Origin: Spirochaetia bacterium
GTDB taxonomy: Bacteria; Spirochaetota; Spirochaetia; CAKZLE01
Direction of reading: 5' to 3'
DNA length: 64,000 bases
NCBI GenBank assembly: GCA_963677595.1
Contig: OY782041.1
Location: forward strand, 1,472,001 to 1,536,000
Shown one piece after another: positions 1 through 10,018 of this stretch. A program made the translations under genes and the position numbers. The notes beneath the pieces are model-generated. The model was not told the origin of the DNA and did not search any database. It saw only the letters and a program-made list of their open reading frames with translations. How positions within the stretch are numbered: position 1 is the first letter of the stretch; each line of letters opens with the position of its first letter.

Positions 1-49
1 CGAACAGTTCGGTGTCGTCCAGGGCATCGAGGAGAAGAATTTCAAATAG
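1..49 (+). CDS. 3' end of an unidentified CDS truncated by the window edge (...EQFGVVQGIEEKNFK*)
   Basis: Open frame from base 2 to TAG at 47-49 with host-like G/C-ending codons, followed by hairpins. Confidence 0.45.
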   Translation, partial: EQFGVVQGIEEKNFK

Positions 50-104
50 ATCTATATGGAAGGATCCTTCCATTAAGATTGTGTGTGCACTATCCAAAAC
101 CCTC

Positions 105-130
105 GAAGCCGTCCCAAACGGGGCGGCTTC
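105..130. terminator. Stem-loop between convergent genes
   Basis: GAAGCCGTCCC-AAAC-GGGGCGGCTTC, an 11-bp stem with one G-U; no clear poly-U tail. Confidence 0.5.
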
Positions 131-142
131 ACTCTATCTGCC

Positions 143-781
143 TCACATCCTGTCGATAGCTTCCTTGCGCTCCTGGTCGAGGGGACGCATCCCGCCGAGG
201 AGCTCCCCCATCCAGGTCATCTTCGCTGCGACCTCCAGGACCTCCATCCGGTCGTACGCCTGGTGCAGGGTCTGTCCCACGGTGATCACCCCGTGGTTCT
301 CCATCAGGACGACCCGGGTTCCCTCGGCCTTGAAGGACTCCCCCACGATCCCGGCAAGTCCCGGGGTCCCCATGAGGGCATAGGGGGCGAAGACAGGTTC
401 CCCGAGGAGGAACCGGGACTCCGCGAGGAGGTCGGTCCGCAGCTTCTTCCCGGTTGCCGTGAAGAGGCTGGCCGTGACCGGGTGGGCATGGACGATCGCC
501 TTGATGTCGGGACGGGACCTGAAGATCTCGAGGTGCATCCCGGTCTCGATGCTCGTGGGAAGCTCTGGTGTGAGGTTCTCGCCGGCCATCGTGACGAGGG
601 CTACCGTCTCTGGCTGGAGGTTGCCCTTATCGAGTTTGGAGGGGGTGATGAGGACGCGGTCCTCGTCCACCCGCACGCTGATGTTCCCCCCGGAACAGGT
701 CGTGAGGCCCTGCGAATAGAGCCTCCTCATATATAATGCGATCTCTTCCTGTATTGCCTGGTACTCCATCACCTCTCCCAT
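143..781 (-). CDS. Class II aldolase/adducin family protein (FucA/AraD-like)
   Basis: GGNIS, LITPS, SIETGMH, HAHP and MENHG metal-binding motifs. Confidence 0.9.
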   Translation of the reverse strand: MGEVMEYQAIQEEIALYMRRLYSQGLTTCSGGNISVRVDEDRVLITPSKLDKGNLQPETVALVTMAGENLTPELPTSIETGMHLEIFRSRPDIKAIVHAHPVTASLFTATGKKLRTDLLAESRFLLGEPVFAPYALMGTPGLAGIVGESFKAEGTRVVLMENHGVITVGQTLHQAYDRMEVLEVAAKMTWMGELLGGMRPLDQERKEAIDRM

Positions 782-1326
782 CAGTCCGCCATGCTCGGGG
801 TCATCGACCTGAAGGAGATGTCGAGGTCACGCTCCCAGGCAAGTTCCAGGAGGGTCTCCTGCAGGGCTGCGGCACGCTTTGGTCCCTCGAGGGTCACCCG
901 TATGCGCATGTTGAACATCGGGGAACCGGTGAAGGGTGCGGATTCCGCATCCGTCTCGAGCTCCTCGATGTTTATATCCTCCCGGGCAAGGAGGGCAGTG
1001 ACTGCATGGACGATCCCCGGGGAGTCCAGGGAGACGGTCTCGATGAGGTAGGGTACCCCTTTCCGCTTCACTTCAGCTTCCCGGGTCTTCACGACATCGA
1101 CAGAGAAATCCTTCAGTTTCCCGGAGGTGAAATCATAAGCTACAAGCTCATCGACCGCCTCAGGCGTTCCTTCAACGAGCATCATGACGGCGAACTCCCC
1201 GCCGAGGACGGACATCTTGCTCTCCTCAATATTGCAGGAGACCTGCTCCACCACGCTGGTTATATCATCGACGACACCGATACGATCCGACCCGATCGCC
1301 CGCAACACGGCATATGCTTGTTCCAT
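781..1326 (-). CDS. Tandem ACT-domain protein, GcvR-like (glycine cleavage repressor family)
   Basis: Two ACT repeats (GSDRIGVV...LGGEFA and SLDSPGIVHAVT...APFTGSPMF); its TGA overlaps the aldolase ATG. Confidence 0.85.
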   Translation of the reverse strand: MEQAYAVLRAIGSDRIGVVDDITSVVEQVSCNIEESKMSVLGGEFAVMMLVEGTPEAVDELVAYDFTSGKLKDFSVDVVKTREAEVKRKGVPYLIETVSLDSPGIVHAVTALLAREDINIEELETDAESAPFTGSPMFNMRIRVTLEGPKRAAALQETLLELAWERDLDISFRSMTPSMAD

Positions 1327-1467
1327 CTGTTACCCTCCAGGACTTCATTCTCTACAGGCATTGTACGAACAAGGAACACACTTGTCCACCGGAATTACCA
1401 GTTAATTATCTATTCGCGGACCCTATTTTTCTTGAACTGCCGCTTCTCCCCATAGTATAGTGAGTGT

Positions 1468-1569
1468 ATGGAAGACCCGTTACCTGACAATTCAGACGAC
1501 CCTCACTTACACGAACCATCAGCACCGTCCTGCGTTCATACCGCCCCTGCTGAAGGGGTTCCGGCATGA
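1468..1569 (+). CDS. Putative 33-aa Pro-rich leader peptide (MEDPLPDNSDDPHLHEPSAPSCVHTAPAEGVPA)
   Basis: ATG lies 6 nt after TTGAAC-N18-TATAGT; its stop overlaps the next ATG (ATGA). Confidence 0.4.
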   Translation: MEDPLPDNSDDPHLHEPSAPSCVHTAPAEGVPA

Positions 1570-2819
1570 GTTCTTACATCATACCGATCATCGTCCTCAT
1601 CCTGCTCTCCGGTATATTCTCCGGGACCGAGACTGCGTTCACCTCCCTTACCTTCATCCAGGTCAAGGAGCTCGAGGACAGCAAGCGAAAAGCCGCGAAG
1701 CTGGCAGCATCATTGGCCAAGCGGTCCGATGTACTCCTCACGACGATCCTCATCGGGAACAACCTCGTGAACATCGCGGCCTCCGCCCTGGTCACGACGA
1801 TGACCATCCAACGGTTCGGTAACCGAGCTGTCGGCTATGCGACGGGGATCCTGACGCTGGTCATCCTCATCTTCGCCGAGATCACGCCCAAGCAGATTGC
1901 CATCGTCCATAACAAGAGCATCAGCATCGCCATGGCCTACCCCGTGCGCTTCCTCATGTTCGCCCTCTACCCCTTCGTCTTCATCATCAAGGGGATCAGC
2001 TCCTCTATCACGAGCCTCTTCGTCAAGGAGAAGCGGAAGCACATCTCCCTCGAGGGGATCCTCCATGTCGTCGATGTCGCACAGGACCAGGGGGTCGTGG
2101 AGGACTATGAGTCCAACCTCGTGCAGCGCGTGTTCAGGTTCGACGACATCGACGTCCATACCGTCATGACCCACCGTACCGCCGTCTTCAGCATCAACGG
2201 CAGCACCAGCGTCAAGGAAGCCCTCCCGCTCGTGGTCCAGAGCGGTTTCTCCCGCATCCCTATCTACGAGGGGACCCCGGAACATATCGTGGGGGTGCTG
2301 CTGACCCGGGACCTGCTCGACCAGGTGATCAATGATCACCTCGAGCTGACGGTCGACCAGATCACCATCGATCCCATATTCGTCCCCGAGACCCGCAAGA
2401 TCCATGATATGTTCTCCATCTTCAAGCACCAGAAGCAGCATATGGCGATCGTCATGGACGAGTACGGAGGCCTCGCCGGGGTCGTCACCCTCGAGGACGT
2501 GATCGAGGAGCTCTTCGGCGAGCTGTATGACGAGCATGAGACCGGGACCCTCGAAAGGATCGTCCCGGTCGGCGACGACTCCTACCGGATCATGGGGGAG
2601 ACCCCCATCCAGCAGGTAGAGGACTACTTCGACCTCGACATGGAGCACAGCCGGCACGTCGGGACGGTCAGCGGGTACATCATCGAGCAGACCGGCTCCA
2701 TCCCCGCGGAGGGGCAGATCATGGATACGGAATGGGGTATCTTCAAGGTGGACTCCATGCAGGGGAACAGGATCATCTCCCTGGTCTTCATGCCGATGGA
2801 GCAGAAGGAACCCTCATAA
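1566..2819 (+). CDS. CNNM/hemolysin-family protein (DUF21-CBS-CBS-CorC), probable Mg2+/Co2+ transporter
   Basis: FSGTETAF, TTILIGNNLVN, EITPK, GFSRIPIY, DEYGGLAGVVTLEDVIEE and a C-terminal CorC domain. Confidence 0.92.
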   Translation: MSSYIIPIIVLILLSGIFSGTETAFTSLTFIQVKELEDSKRKAAKLAASLAKRSDVLLTTILIGNNLVNIAASALVTTMTIQRFGNRAVGYATGILTLVILIFAEITPKQIAIVHNKSISIAMAYPVRFLMFALYPFVFIIKGISSSITSLFVKEKRKHISLEGILHVVDVAQDQGVVEDYESNLVQRVFRFDDIDVHTVMTHRTAVFSINGSTSVKEALPLVVQSGFSRIPIYEGTPEHIVGVLLTRDLLDQVINDHLELTVDQITIDPIFVPETRKIHDMFSIFKHQKQHMAIVMDEYGGLAGVVTLEDVIEELFGELYDEHETGTLERIVPVGDDSYRIMGETPIQQVEDYFDLDMEHSRHVGTVSGYIIEQTGSIPAEGQIMDTEWGIFKVDSMQGNRIISLVFMPMEQKEPS

Positions 2820-2861
2820 CAGCTGAAGGTAACTTCTTTACACCCAAATGGCTGTATCTGA

Positions 2862-2897
2862 TTGACTCTATCGTATCTCGCGAGTATCATTCTCAGC
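2862..2897 (+). promoter_or_regulatory. Sigma70-type promoter of leuS, leaderless architecture
   Basis: TTGACT(2862)-N17-TATCAT(2885)-7 nt-ATG(2898), no Shine-Dalgarno. Confidence 0.6.
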
Positions 2898-5411
2898 ATG
2901 AGCAAATACCCATTCAACGAGATAGAACCAAAATGGCAGGAGTTTTGGGCGAAGAACAAGACCTTCAAGGTCACCGAAGATCCTGCATACCCCAAAGAGA
3001 AACGTATGTATGTCCTCGACATGTTCCCCTACCCCTCAGGGGCAGGCCTCCATGTAGGGCATCCTGAAGGCTACACAGCCACCGATATCTACTGCCGGTA
3101 CCTGCGGATGAACGGATACAATGTCCTCCACCCGATGGGCTTCGACTCCTTCGGTCTCCCCGCGGAGAACTACGCGATCAAGACCGGCACCCACCCGAAG
3201 GTGACCACCGAGAAGAACATCGACCATTTCACCTACCAGATCAAGAGCCTCGGCTTCTGCTACGACTGGGACCGGGAGATCTCCACCCATACGGAGGAGT
3301 ACTACCGGTGGACCCAGTGGATCTTCCTCCAGCTCTTCAAGAAAGGCCTGGCTTACGAGTCGGAGACCCCGATCAACTGGTGCCCGGACTGCAAGACCGG
3401 CCTCGCCAACGAGGAGGTCAAGGACGGGAAGTGTGAGCGGTGCAGCGCCCAGGTGACGAGGAAGAACCTCAGGCAGTGGATCCTCAAGATCACCGATTAC
3501 GCCGAGGAGCTGCTCGAGGATCTCGAGGACCTCAACTGGACTGATGCCATCAAGGCCATGCAGCGGAACTGGATCGGCAAGAGTACCGGTGCCGACGTGA
3601 CCTTCTCGGTCGACGGCTACGACGATACCATCGAGGTCTATACCACACGTCCTGACACCCTCTTCGGTGCGACCTACATGGTCCTTGCCCCGGAGCACCC
3701 GCTTGTCCACAAGATATCCACAGAGGAGCATCACGCTTCAGTAGATGCCTACCTCGATGCGGCAGCGAAGAAGTCGGACCTGGAGAGGACCGACCTCGCG
3801 AAGGAGAAGACCGGTGTCTTCACCGGCGCCTATGCGATCAACCCCGTCAACGGGGAGCGGATCCCGATCTGGGTAGCCGACTATGTCCTGATCTCCTACG
3901 GGTCAGGGGCGATCATGGCAGTACCTGCCCATGACACCCGTGACTGGGAGTTCGCCAAGGAGTTCGACCTCCCGATCATCGAGGTCCTCAAGGGCGGGGA
4001 CGTCCAGAAAGAGGCCTACACCGAGGACGGCATCCATGTGAACTCGGGATTCCTCGACGGCATGGACAAGCCGACAGCCATCAATGCCATGATCACGTGG
4101 CTCGAGGAGCGTAAGCTCGGGAAACAGGCAGTCAATTACAAGCTCCGTGACTGGATCTTCAGCCGACAGCGGTACTGGGGAGAACCTATCCCCCTGGTCC
4201 ACTGCGACGAGTGCGGTATCGTCCCGGTACCGGAAGAAGACCTCCCACTCCGTCTCCCTGAGGTGACCTCCTATGCACCATCAGGGACAGGGGAAAGCCC
4301 GCTCGCGAACATCGACGAGTGGGTCAACACGACCTGCCCGGTCTGCGGCAAGCCCGCGAAACGAGAGACCAACACCATGCCCCAGTGGGCAGGTTCCTGC
4401 TGGTACTACCTGCGGTATATAGACCCGCACAACACCGAGACCCTCGCTTCCGACGAGAAGCTCGACTACTGGATGCCGGTGGACCTCTACGTGGGCGGTG
4501 CGGAGCACGCGGTGCTCCACCTCCTCTACGCCAGGTTCTGGCACAAGGTCCTCTTTGATATCGGAGTGGTAAAGGACAAGGAGCCGTTCCAGCGACTGGT
4601 GAACCAGGGAATGATCACCTCCTTTGCCTTCCAGCGGAAAGACAAGACCCTCGTCCCGACCGATGAGGTCGAGGAGACCGCTGCCGACACCTATATCGAG
4701 AAGGCTACCGGAGAAGAGCTGGAACGGGTCATCGCCAAGATGTCCAAGAGCTTGAAGAACGTCATCAACCCTGATGACATCATCAGGGACTTCGGGGCCG
4801 ACTCCATGCGTATGTACGAGATGTTCATGGGCCCCCTACAGGTATCGAAGCCGTGGTCTACCAGCGGGCTTGCCGGTGTCCACCGCTTCCTCGACAGGGT
4901 CTATAGACTCACTGAGAAGGAATTCACCGATGAGCAGCCGCCGATCGAACTTGAGAAGCAGCTTCACAAGACCATCAAGAAGGTCACCCATGATACAGCC
5001 GGCCTTGAGTTCAACACCGCGATCGCCCAGATGATGATCTTCGTCAACGACCTCTTCAAGAGCGAGAAGCTCTACCGTTCCCTCTGGGAACCGTTCCTCC
5101 TGCTGCTCGCACCCTATGCGCCGCACCTGACCGAGGAGCTCTGGGAGATAAGCGGAAAGGCACCTACCATCGCGAACGAGTCCTGGCCGACCTATGATGA
5201 GGCGCTCACCATCGATGATGAGATCACGATCATCTTCCAGGTCAACGGCAAGCTCAGGGCTAAGGTCGAGGTACAGAGAGGCCTCGACAAGGCAGCACTC
5301 GAGGAGCTCGCCCTGGGCCATGAACGAATCCAGGAGTGGATCAGCGGCAAGTCGATCAAGCGCGTGATTGCTGTCCCTGACAAACTGGTGAACATCGTCG
5401 TGGGAAAATAA
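2898..5411 (+). CDS. leuS: Leucine--tRNA ligase
   Basis: [14 protein letters not shown] (HIGH-like), KMSKS, editing domain [17 protein letters not shown]-terminal QVNGKLR. Confidence 0.98.
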   Translation: MSKYPFNEIEPKWQEFWAKNKTFKVTEDPAYPKEKRMYVLDMFPYPSGAGLHVGHPEGYTATDIYCRYLRMNGYNVLHPMGFDSFGLPAENYAIKTGTHPKVTTEKNIDHFTYQIKSLGFCYDWDREISTHTEEYYRWTQWIFLQLFKKGLAYESETPINWCPDCKTGLANEEVKDGKCERCSAQVTRKNLRQWILKITDYAEELLEDLEDLNWTDAIKAMQRNWIGKSTGADVTFSVDGYDDTIEVYTTRPDTLFGATYMVLAPEHPLVHKISTEEHHASVDAYLDAAAKKSDLERTDLAKEKTGVFTGAYAINPVNGERIPIWVADYVLISYGSGAIMAVPAHDTRDWEFAKEFDLPIIEVLKGGDVQKEAYTEDGIHVNSGFLDGMDKPTAINAMITWLEERKLGKQAVNYKLRDWIFSRQRYWGEPIPLVHCDECGIVPVPEEDLPLRLPEVTSYAPSGTGESPLANIDEWVNTTCPVCGKPAKRETNTMPQWAGSCWYYLRYIDPHNTETLASDEKLDYWMPVDLYVGGAEHAVLHLLYARFWHKVLFDIGVVKDKEPFQRLVNQGMITSFAFQRKDKTLVPTDEVEETAADTYIEKATGEELERVIAKMSKSLKNVINPDDIIRDFGADSMRMYEMFMGPLQVSKPWSTSGLAGVHRFLDRVYRLTEKEFTDEQPPIELEKQLHKTIKKVTHDTAGLEFNTAIAQMMIFVNDLFKSEKLYRSLWEPFLLLLAPYAPHLTEELWEISGKAPTIANESWPTYDEALTIDDEITIIFQVNGKLRAKVEVQRGLDKAALEELALGHERIQEWISGKSIKRVIAVPDKLVNIVVGK

Positions 5412-5434
5412 CCAAAAGGTAAAGAACTTATCAG

Positions 5435-5484
5435 GGGCTGTTGCATAAGTCTGAAAGGACTTAGGTGACAGCCTTGTTTGTTTT
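5435..5484 (+). terminator. Rho-independent terminator after leuS
   Basis: GGCTGTTGCATAAGTC-loop-GACTTAGGTGACAGCC followed by TTGTTTGTTTT. Confidence 0.7.
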
Positions 5485-5577
5485 ATCCTCCCTGCAGTCC
5501 CCAAGCTATTTCTTGTCCCCGTCGACGTATTCAGATACAATCGAACCATCCAGGACCTGGATGGGGGGAGATGAACC

Positions 5578-6636
5578 GTGAGAAGAAAGAGATCCAAACA
5601 GACAGCGGTGGCAATGGTCCTGATCCTGCTTTCCTTAACCGGCTGCACGACCCTGATCAATGCCCTCGTGGTCGGCTATGAGGACCCGCTTCATGGGAAG
5701 GTTGCTGCAGCAGGCATCCTTGAGAAGCAGGCACGGGTCGGGGAAGTGAGGTTCAACTACGCAGAGAGCCCCGACAACGGTCCACCCCTACTGCTGCTCA
5801 ATGCCCAGCATATGGACTGGTTCAGCTATGGCAAGGTCCTGGTAGAACTCTCCAAATCATTTCATGTGTTCGCCGTTGATTACCCGGGACATGGGAAGAC
5901 TTCCTACCCGGAAGATTACCCCATGAACGCCGGCCGGATCGGCAGCGACCTGGCCAGGTTCGTCGAGGAGGTCATCAGGGAACCCGCTTTCGTGACGGGG
6001 AACTCGTCAGGAGGACTCCTGACCACCTGGCTGGCTGCATACAGACCCCAACTGGTTAAGGCAATTGTCCTTGAAGACCCTCCCCTCTTCTCTTCGGAAT
6101 ACCCCCGTATCAAGGAGACCATCTCCTACCGCTCCTTCACCCATTGCGCCAACTTCCTGGAAGAGGGAGGAGACGACTTCCTCATCTACTGGCTTGAGAG
6201 CAGTGCACAGTTCATCAGCAATTTTGCAGGACCTGGTGTACTGCCGAAGCTTATCGGGGCTATAGAGGCATACCGGGAAGCCAATCCAGGGAAGGCTGTC
6301 GAGATCCGCTTCCTCCCTGAGACCGTGAGGATGCTGGTCAGGGGCATGGACAACTATGACCCACGCTTCGGGGCAGCCTTCCATGACGGGAGCTGGAATG
6401 CGGACTTCGACCATGCAGAAGCCATTGCCCGGATCAGCTGCCCCGTCCTGCTCATCCATGCGAACTTCGAGGTCATGGAGAACGGTATCCTCAACGGTGC
6501 CATGGACCAGGAAGAGGCAGAGGAGGTCTTGGCCCTGCTGCAGGATGGGACCTATGTCCGGGTAGACTCAGAGCATGTGGTCCATGAGGACAGGCCGAAG
6601 GAGTTCATCAGGCTCGTTGAGGGGTTCTTGCTGTAG
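5578..6636 (+). CDS. Alpha/beta hydrolase, probable lipoprotein
   Basis: Lipobox-like LTGC, DYPGHG, GNSSGG nucleophile elbow, C-terminal His (HVVH). Confidence 0.85.
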   Translation: MRRKRSKQTAVAMVLILLSLTGCTTLINALVVGYEDPLHGKVAAAGILEKQARVGEVRFNYAESPDNGPPLLLLNAQHMDWFSYGKVLVELSKSFHVFAVDYPGHGKTSYPEDYPMNAGRIGSDLARFVEEVIREPAFVTGNSSGGLLTTWLAAYRPQLVKAIVLEDPPLFSSEYPRIKETISYRSFTHCANFLEEGGDDFLIYWLESSAQFISNFAGPGVLPKLIGAIEAYREANPGKAVEIRFLPETVRMLVRGMDNYDPRFGAAFHDGSWNADFDHAEAIARISCPVLLIHANFEVMENGILNGAMDQEEAEEVLALLQDGTYVRVDSEHVVHEDRPKEFIRLVEGFLL

Positions 6637-6723
6637 GGGCAGCTGTATTACCTAACAATTGATCATTATCTTCATAGAAGTTAGGTATTACATGCTTACC
6701 TATCTTATTACCGTCATGCCCTT

Positions 6724-7473
6724 TCAGAACCCAAGCTCTTCTCCAATGATCACTACATGGAAGTCTGCTTCTTCAGGTTTTCGGTGTATGATGCTGGTAA
6801 TATTACAGTTACGGGATGAGGACCTGCAGTCCTGGCAGATCCCACTCTTGTTGCAGGCCAGGTCATTCCCATACTTGATGTTGTTCATTTCAGCCGCTAC
6901 CTGGCGGATCCGCTCCAGACCGGCATTCAGATCCTTCACTATCTTGTTCGCCCCGGCTACCACGATGATCCGGTCCGGGCCGTAGAGACTGCCTGCGATC
7001 CTGTTCCCCGCACCATCGATGTTGATGATCTGTCCATCGAGTGTTATGGCATTGGCCCCAAGCATGAACACATCAGCAACGAGGTAATTCATGAGGATCT
7101 CTTTCGTCTGCTGCCGGTCTCCGAGGATCTTGTATCCAGGAGCATTGTGTGAGAATGCATTCCCGTTCACCGCACAGGTATGGGGTATGATCGTACACCC
7201 CTTCCCTCCCAAGGGTTGGTCAAGCTTCAGGGAAAACAGCGTATGGGAATCCCCGCAGCCGATCACTGAAGCATCAGGGACGAGGCTGAGCACAAGCTCT
7301 CTCGCTTCCTCGACTGAAGCACGGTAATAAGCGGTAAAATCATTCTTATTGAGGTTCTTTACCGTTATCTCTGCCTGCTGAGCATAATATGTTTTCCTGA
7401 TTGCATCGCTGTCAAATTCGGCTTCAGACAACGGGGGGAACTGTATACTCTTCAGATCGATCAAACCGCACAC
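6724..7473 (-). CDS. LUD-domain (lactate utilization LutC/YkgG-like) protein; start may be TTG at 7464
   Basis: GANAITLDGQIINIDGAGNRI, VVAGANKIV and a Cys-rich C-terminus. Confidence 0.85.
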   Translation of the reverse strand: MCGLIDLKSIQFPPLSEAEFDSDAIRKTYYAQQAEITVKNLNKNDFTAYYRASVEEARELVLSLVPDASVIGCGDSHTLFSLKLDQPLGGKGCTIIPHTCAVNGNAFSHNAPGYKILGDRQQTKEILMNYLVADVFMLGANAITLDGQIINIDGAGNRIAGSLYGPDRIIVVAGANKIVKDLNAGLERIRQVAAEMNNIKYGNDLACNKSGICQDCRSSSRNCNITSIIHRKPEEADFHVVIIGEELGF

Positions 7474-7575
7474 CTCCTGCTGCCGCGTAGAATGACTGCT
7501 GACAGCATAGTCAGTGTACCATACCCAGTCTGATCAGAACAGGTTCCCTGTTATCACCCGTTACCATCCAGACCA

Positions 7576-7682
7576 GACCCTATCTTGAAATAACGAGCAT
7601 GATCTATGCTTCTTATTTCAATTTAGATTTACATATTGAAATAAGCATGCTACTGTTAGCTAGGGTATTTCAATGTAGGGTC
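7576..7682. repeat. Nested palindrome with four alternating TTGAAATA half-sites upstream of fic
   Basis: TTGAAATAA at 7585 and 7636, TTATTTCAA at 7613, TATTTCAA at 7666; 17-bp outer inverted repeat with 15/17 matches. Confidence 0.75.
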
Positions 7683-7697
7683 GAGGAGATGTGAGGA

Positions 7698-8840
7698 ATG
7701 GAGAATCGGGCAGGGGTATTCAAGACGCAGCTGTACGGGAACATGGCGTACCAGTCCTACCTGCCTTCTCACCTACCCCCGAGTCCTCCTGTCCTGATCG
7801 ACGACGAGATGACTCAGCTGCTCGTTCAGGCCCATACATGGATCACTCGACTGGAAAGCATCTCATCACTGATCCCCCATATGGCTTTGTTCGTAGCCAT
7901 GTATGTCCGAAAAGAAGCTCTGATGTCATCCCAGATCGAAGGTACCCAGTGTACATTGGATGATGTACTCGACCCAACTTCTGAGTTACATGCAAACCGG
8001 GATGTTGCGGATGTCATCAACTATATCAAGGCCACCGACTACGCGATTGGTCGCTTGGAAGAGCTGCCGCTATGCACCAGGTTGATCAGGGAAACCCATG
8101 AAGTCTTGATGGAAGGGGTGCGGGGACAAGAGAAAAGCCCCGGCGAGTTTCGTATCTCACAGAATTGGATCGGCGGGGATGGCGTTTCCCTGAAGCATGC
8201 CCGGTTCATTCCGCCTCATCCTGCTGATTTGGCTGCGGTACTGACTACCCTGGAGCAGTACGTGAACGGGTCCGACACCCTTGATGTGTTGATCCGTGCA
8301 GCGTTGATCCATTACCAATTCGAGACGATCCATCCATTTCTTGATGGAAATGGGAGAATAGGGCGGTTGTTGATCACACTATTCCTCCTGGAGCAGAAAG
8401 TCATGACTACTCCTGCCCTATACATCTCCTACTTCCTGAAGAAGAACAGGACAGAGTATTACGATCGGTTGACGCTGGTTCGCGACAAAGGGGATTATGA
8501 GCAGTGGATCAAGTTCTTCCTGCATGCTGTCACTGAATCGGCAAAGGATGCACATGAGAATACGGTTCTCTTAACCAGACTTCACGATATCCATGTTTCG
8601 CGCATCAATACCTTGGGGCGTGCACGGCTCACGGCACTTCAGCTGTTCTCCTACCTGGAGCGTAACCCCATCATGGAGATAGGGAGAACAGCTGAAGCCC
8701 TGCAGCTCTCGTTCAATACCGTCGCAAGCTCGGTCAAGCGGCTGGTCGACATCGGTATCCTGGTACAGTCAGGAGGGAACCGGCGAGGGAGGACCTTCAG
8801 TTATACCGAATACCTCGATATCCTGCGGGAAGGGACATGA
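7698..8840 (+). CDS. Fic family protein (class II type: N-terminal inhibitory helix, C-terminal HTH)
   Basis: Canonical HPFLDGNGRIGR, inhibitory SSQIEG, C-terminal HTH-like segment. Confidence 0.93.
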   Translation: MENRAGVFKTQLYGNMAYQSYLPSHLPPSPPVLIDDEMTQLLVQAHTWITRLESISSLIPHMALFVAMYVRKEALMSSQIEGTQCTLDDVLDPTSELHANRDVADVINYIKATDYAIGRLEELPLCTRLIRETHEVLMEGVRGQEKSPGEFRISQNWIGGDGVSLKHARFIPPHPADLAAVLTTLEQYVNGSDTLDVLIRAALIHYQFETIHPFLDGNGRIGRLLITLFLLEQKVMTTPALYISYFLKKNRTEYYDRLTLVRDKGDYEQWIKFFLHAVTESAKDAHENTVLLTRLHDIHVSRINTLGRARLTALQLFSYLERNPIMEIGRTAEALQLSFNTVASSVKRLVDIGILVQSGGNRRGRTFSYTEYLDILREGT

Positions 8841-10018
8841 TTCCCTTGCAGGACGCTAGCCATCTCCCCGGTAAGTACCTCAATCAGATTCTCCTCCTTG
8901 ACCCCTATACCGAGTTTGCTCCTGACCACCCAATCAAGCCCGAACTCCTCGATCAGGGCGGTGAACTGCGCATCATCCGGGAACATCCCGGATGGTCCTT
9001 CTGACCTGAACCTCAAGGCGGCCCTGAACGCTTCGACGATATGTTCACATGGCAAGTCATGCTCCAGGCAGAGGGCTATAGCCCCCACGACCCTGTCACT
9101 CCTGTTGAGCTTCCTCCTGAGGTCCTTCCCTACCCGGAAGACGGTGTCCCCGAGATTCCTGTTGAGGAACCTGGCGAGTAGATCGTCAATATGAGCAGCA
9201 AGCTCCTCTTGGGTGAACACTCCGGGGTACTCAGCCTGGAGGGCTGCGGCCGCCTCCCCCATCGTGTTCCGCACCGCGGAGAAGGTCGCTGTGTCATCCA
9301 GGACTTCAGCGATAAACTCACAGTCTGGATCCCTCGCGTACCCGAGGTAGGCCGCTGCTGCATGCCCAAGGTTATGGATGAAGAGCTTCCTGTCGACCCA
9401 GGCTTCTATGTTGTCCACTGCCTTGATCTCCGGAATGTCCGGGATCCCATTCCTGAACCCCTTCCCGTCAACGATCAGCGTATTGTACGGCTCTGCATGG
9501 AGGACCAGCGGATCGTCTTTCAGATCCTCCTGATTCATGATCGGAACCATCTTGCCGATGCTTGTCTCGATGAGTCCAGCTTCGTTCCCTGACAGCCCGT
9601 TCTCTTTGAGGATCTCCTGGAAATAGGCTTTCCCTTCCCGTATGTTCTCCGCGATGATGATATCGAGCGGGGGGAGATTGCGTGTCTTACGTGCTTTCAC
9701 GGCTTCTGCCAGCACGGGGATGACGTGCGGCAGGGCCCCTTTCCCCACCGAGGTCGCACAGAGGCTGCAGGTGCTGAGGCTCTGCAGGACGGATGCCGTA
9801 TCATCAGAATACAGCGCTGAGAACCCGCTCACCCGGATGGCCTCATCAGGGGTCCCATTCTGCTTGACTTTGATGGTATATGCCCCTGCTTCATTGAGGA
9901 GATCGACCAGACGCCTGTTCGCATCTACGAATGTCACCTGCCAGCCGTTGCGGGCGAACACGGCCCCAATGAACGACCTCCCGATGTTACCGGCACCGAA
10001 AATAACGATCTCATGCAT
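8801..10018 (-). CDS. mtlD: Mannitol-1-phosphate 5-dehydrogenase family protein
   Basis: FGAGNIGRSFIG, IAEN, RKLFIHNLGH and RFLN...DTVFRVG motifs. Confidence 0.8.
   Translation of the reverse strand: MHEIVIFGAGNIGRSFIGAVFARNGWQVTFVDANRRLVDLLNEAGAYTIKVKQNGTPDEAIRVSGFSALYSDDTASVLQSLSTCSLCATSVGKGALPHVIPVLAEAVKARKTRNLPPLDIIIAENIREGKAYFQEILKENGLSGNEAGLIETSIGKMVPIMNQEDLKDDPLVLHAEPYNTLIVDGKGFRNGIPDIPEIKAVDNIEAWVDRKLFIHNLGHAAAAYLGYARDPDCEFIAEVLDDTATFSAVRNTMGEAAAALQAEYPGVFTQEELAAHIDDLLARFLNRNLGDTVFRVGKDLRRKLNRSDRVVGAIALCLEHDLPCEHIVEAFRAALRFRSEGPSGMFPDDAQFTALIEEFGLDWVVRSKLGIGVKEENLIEVLTGEMASVLQGNHVPSRRISRYSV

Noticed and set aside
2820-2897. T-box leader before leuS
   Set aside because: The spacer is 78 nt with no GGTGGnACC T-box, and the promoter abuts the ATG
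6644-6692. Inverted repeat containing ACCTAAC...GTTAGGT, matching integron attC core sites
   Set aside because: Only 37 bp core to core, shorter than known attC sites; no L boxes, second site or integrase; more likely a terminator-like hairpin between convergent genes
7585-7673. ATTGAAA-containing repeats resembling CRISPR repeat ends
   Set aside because: Copies alternate in orientation, there are only two units, the gap is too short for a spacer, and no cas genes are present
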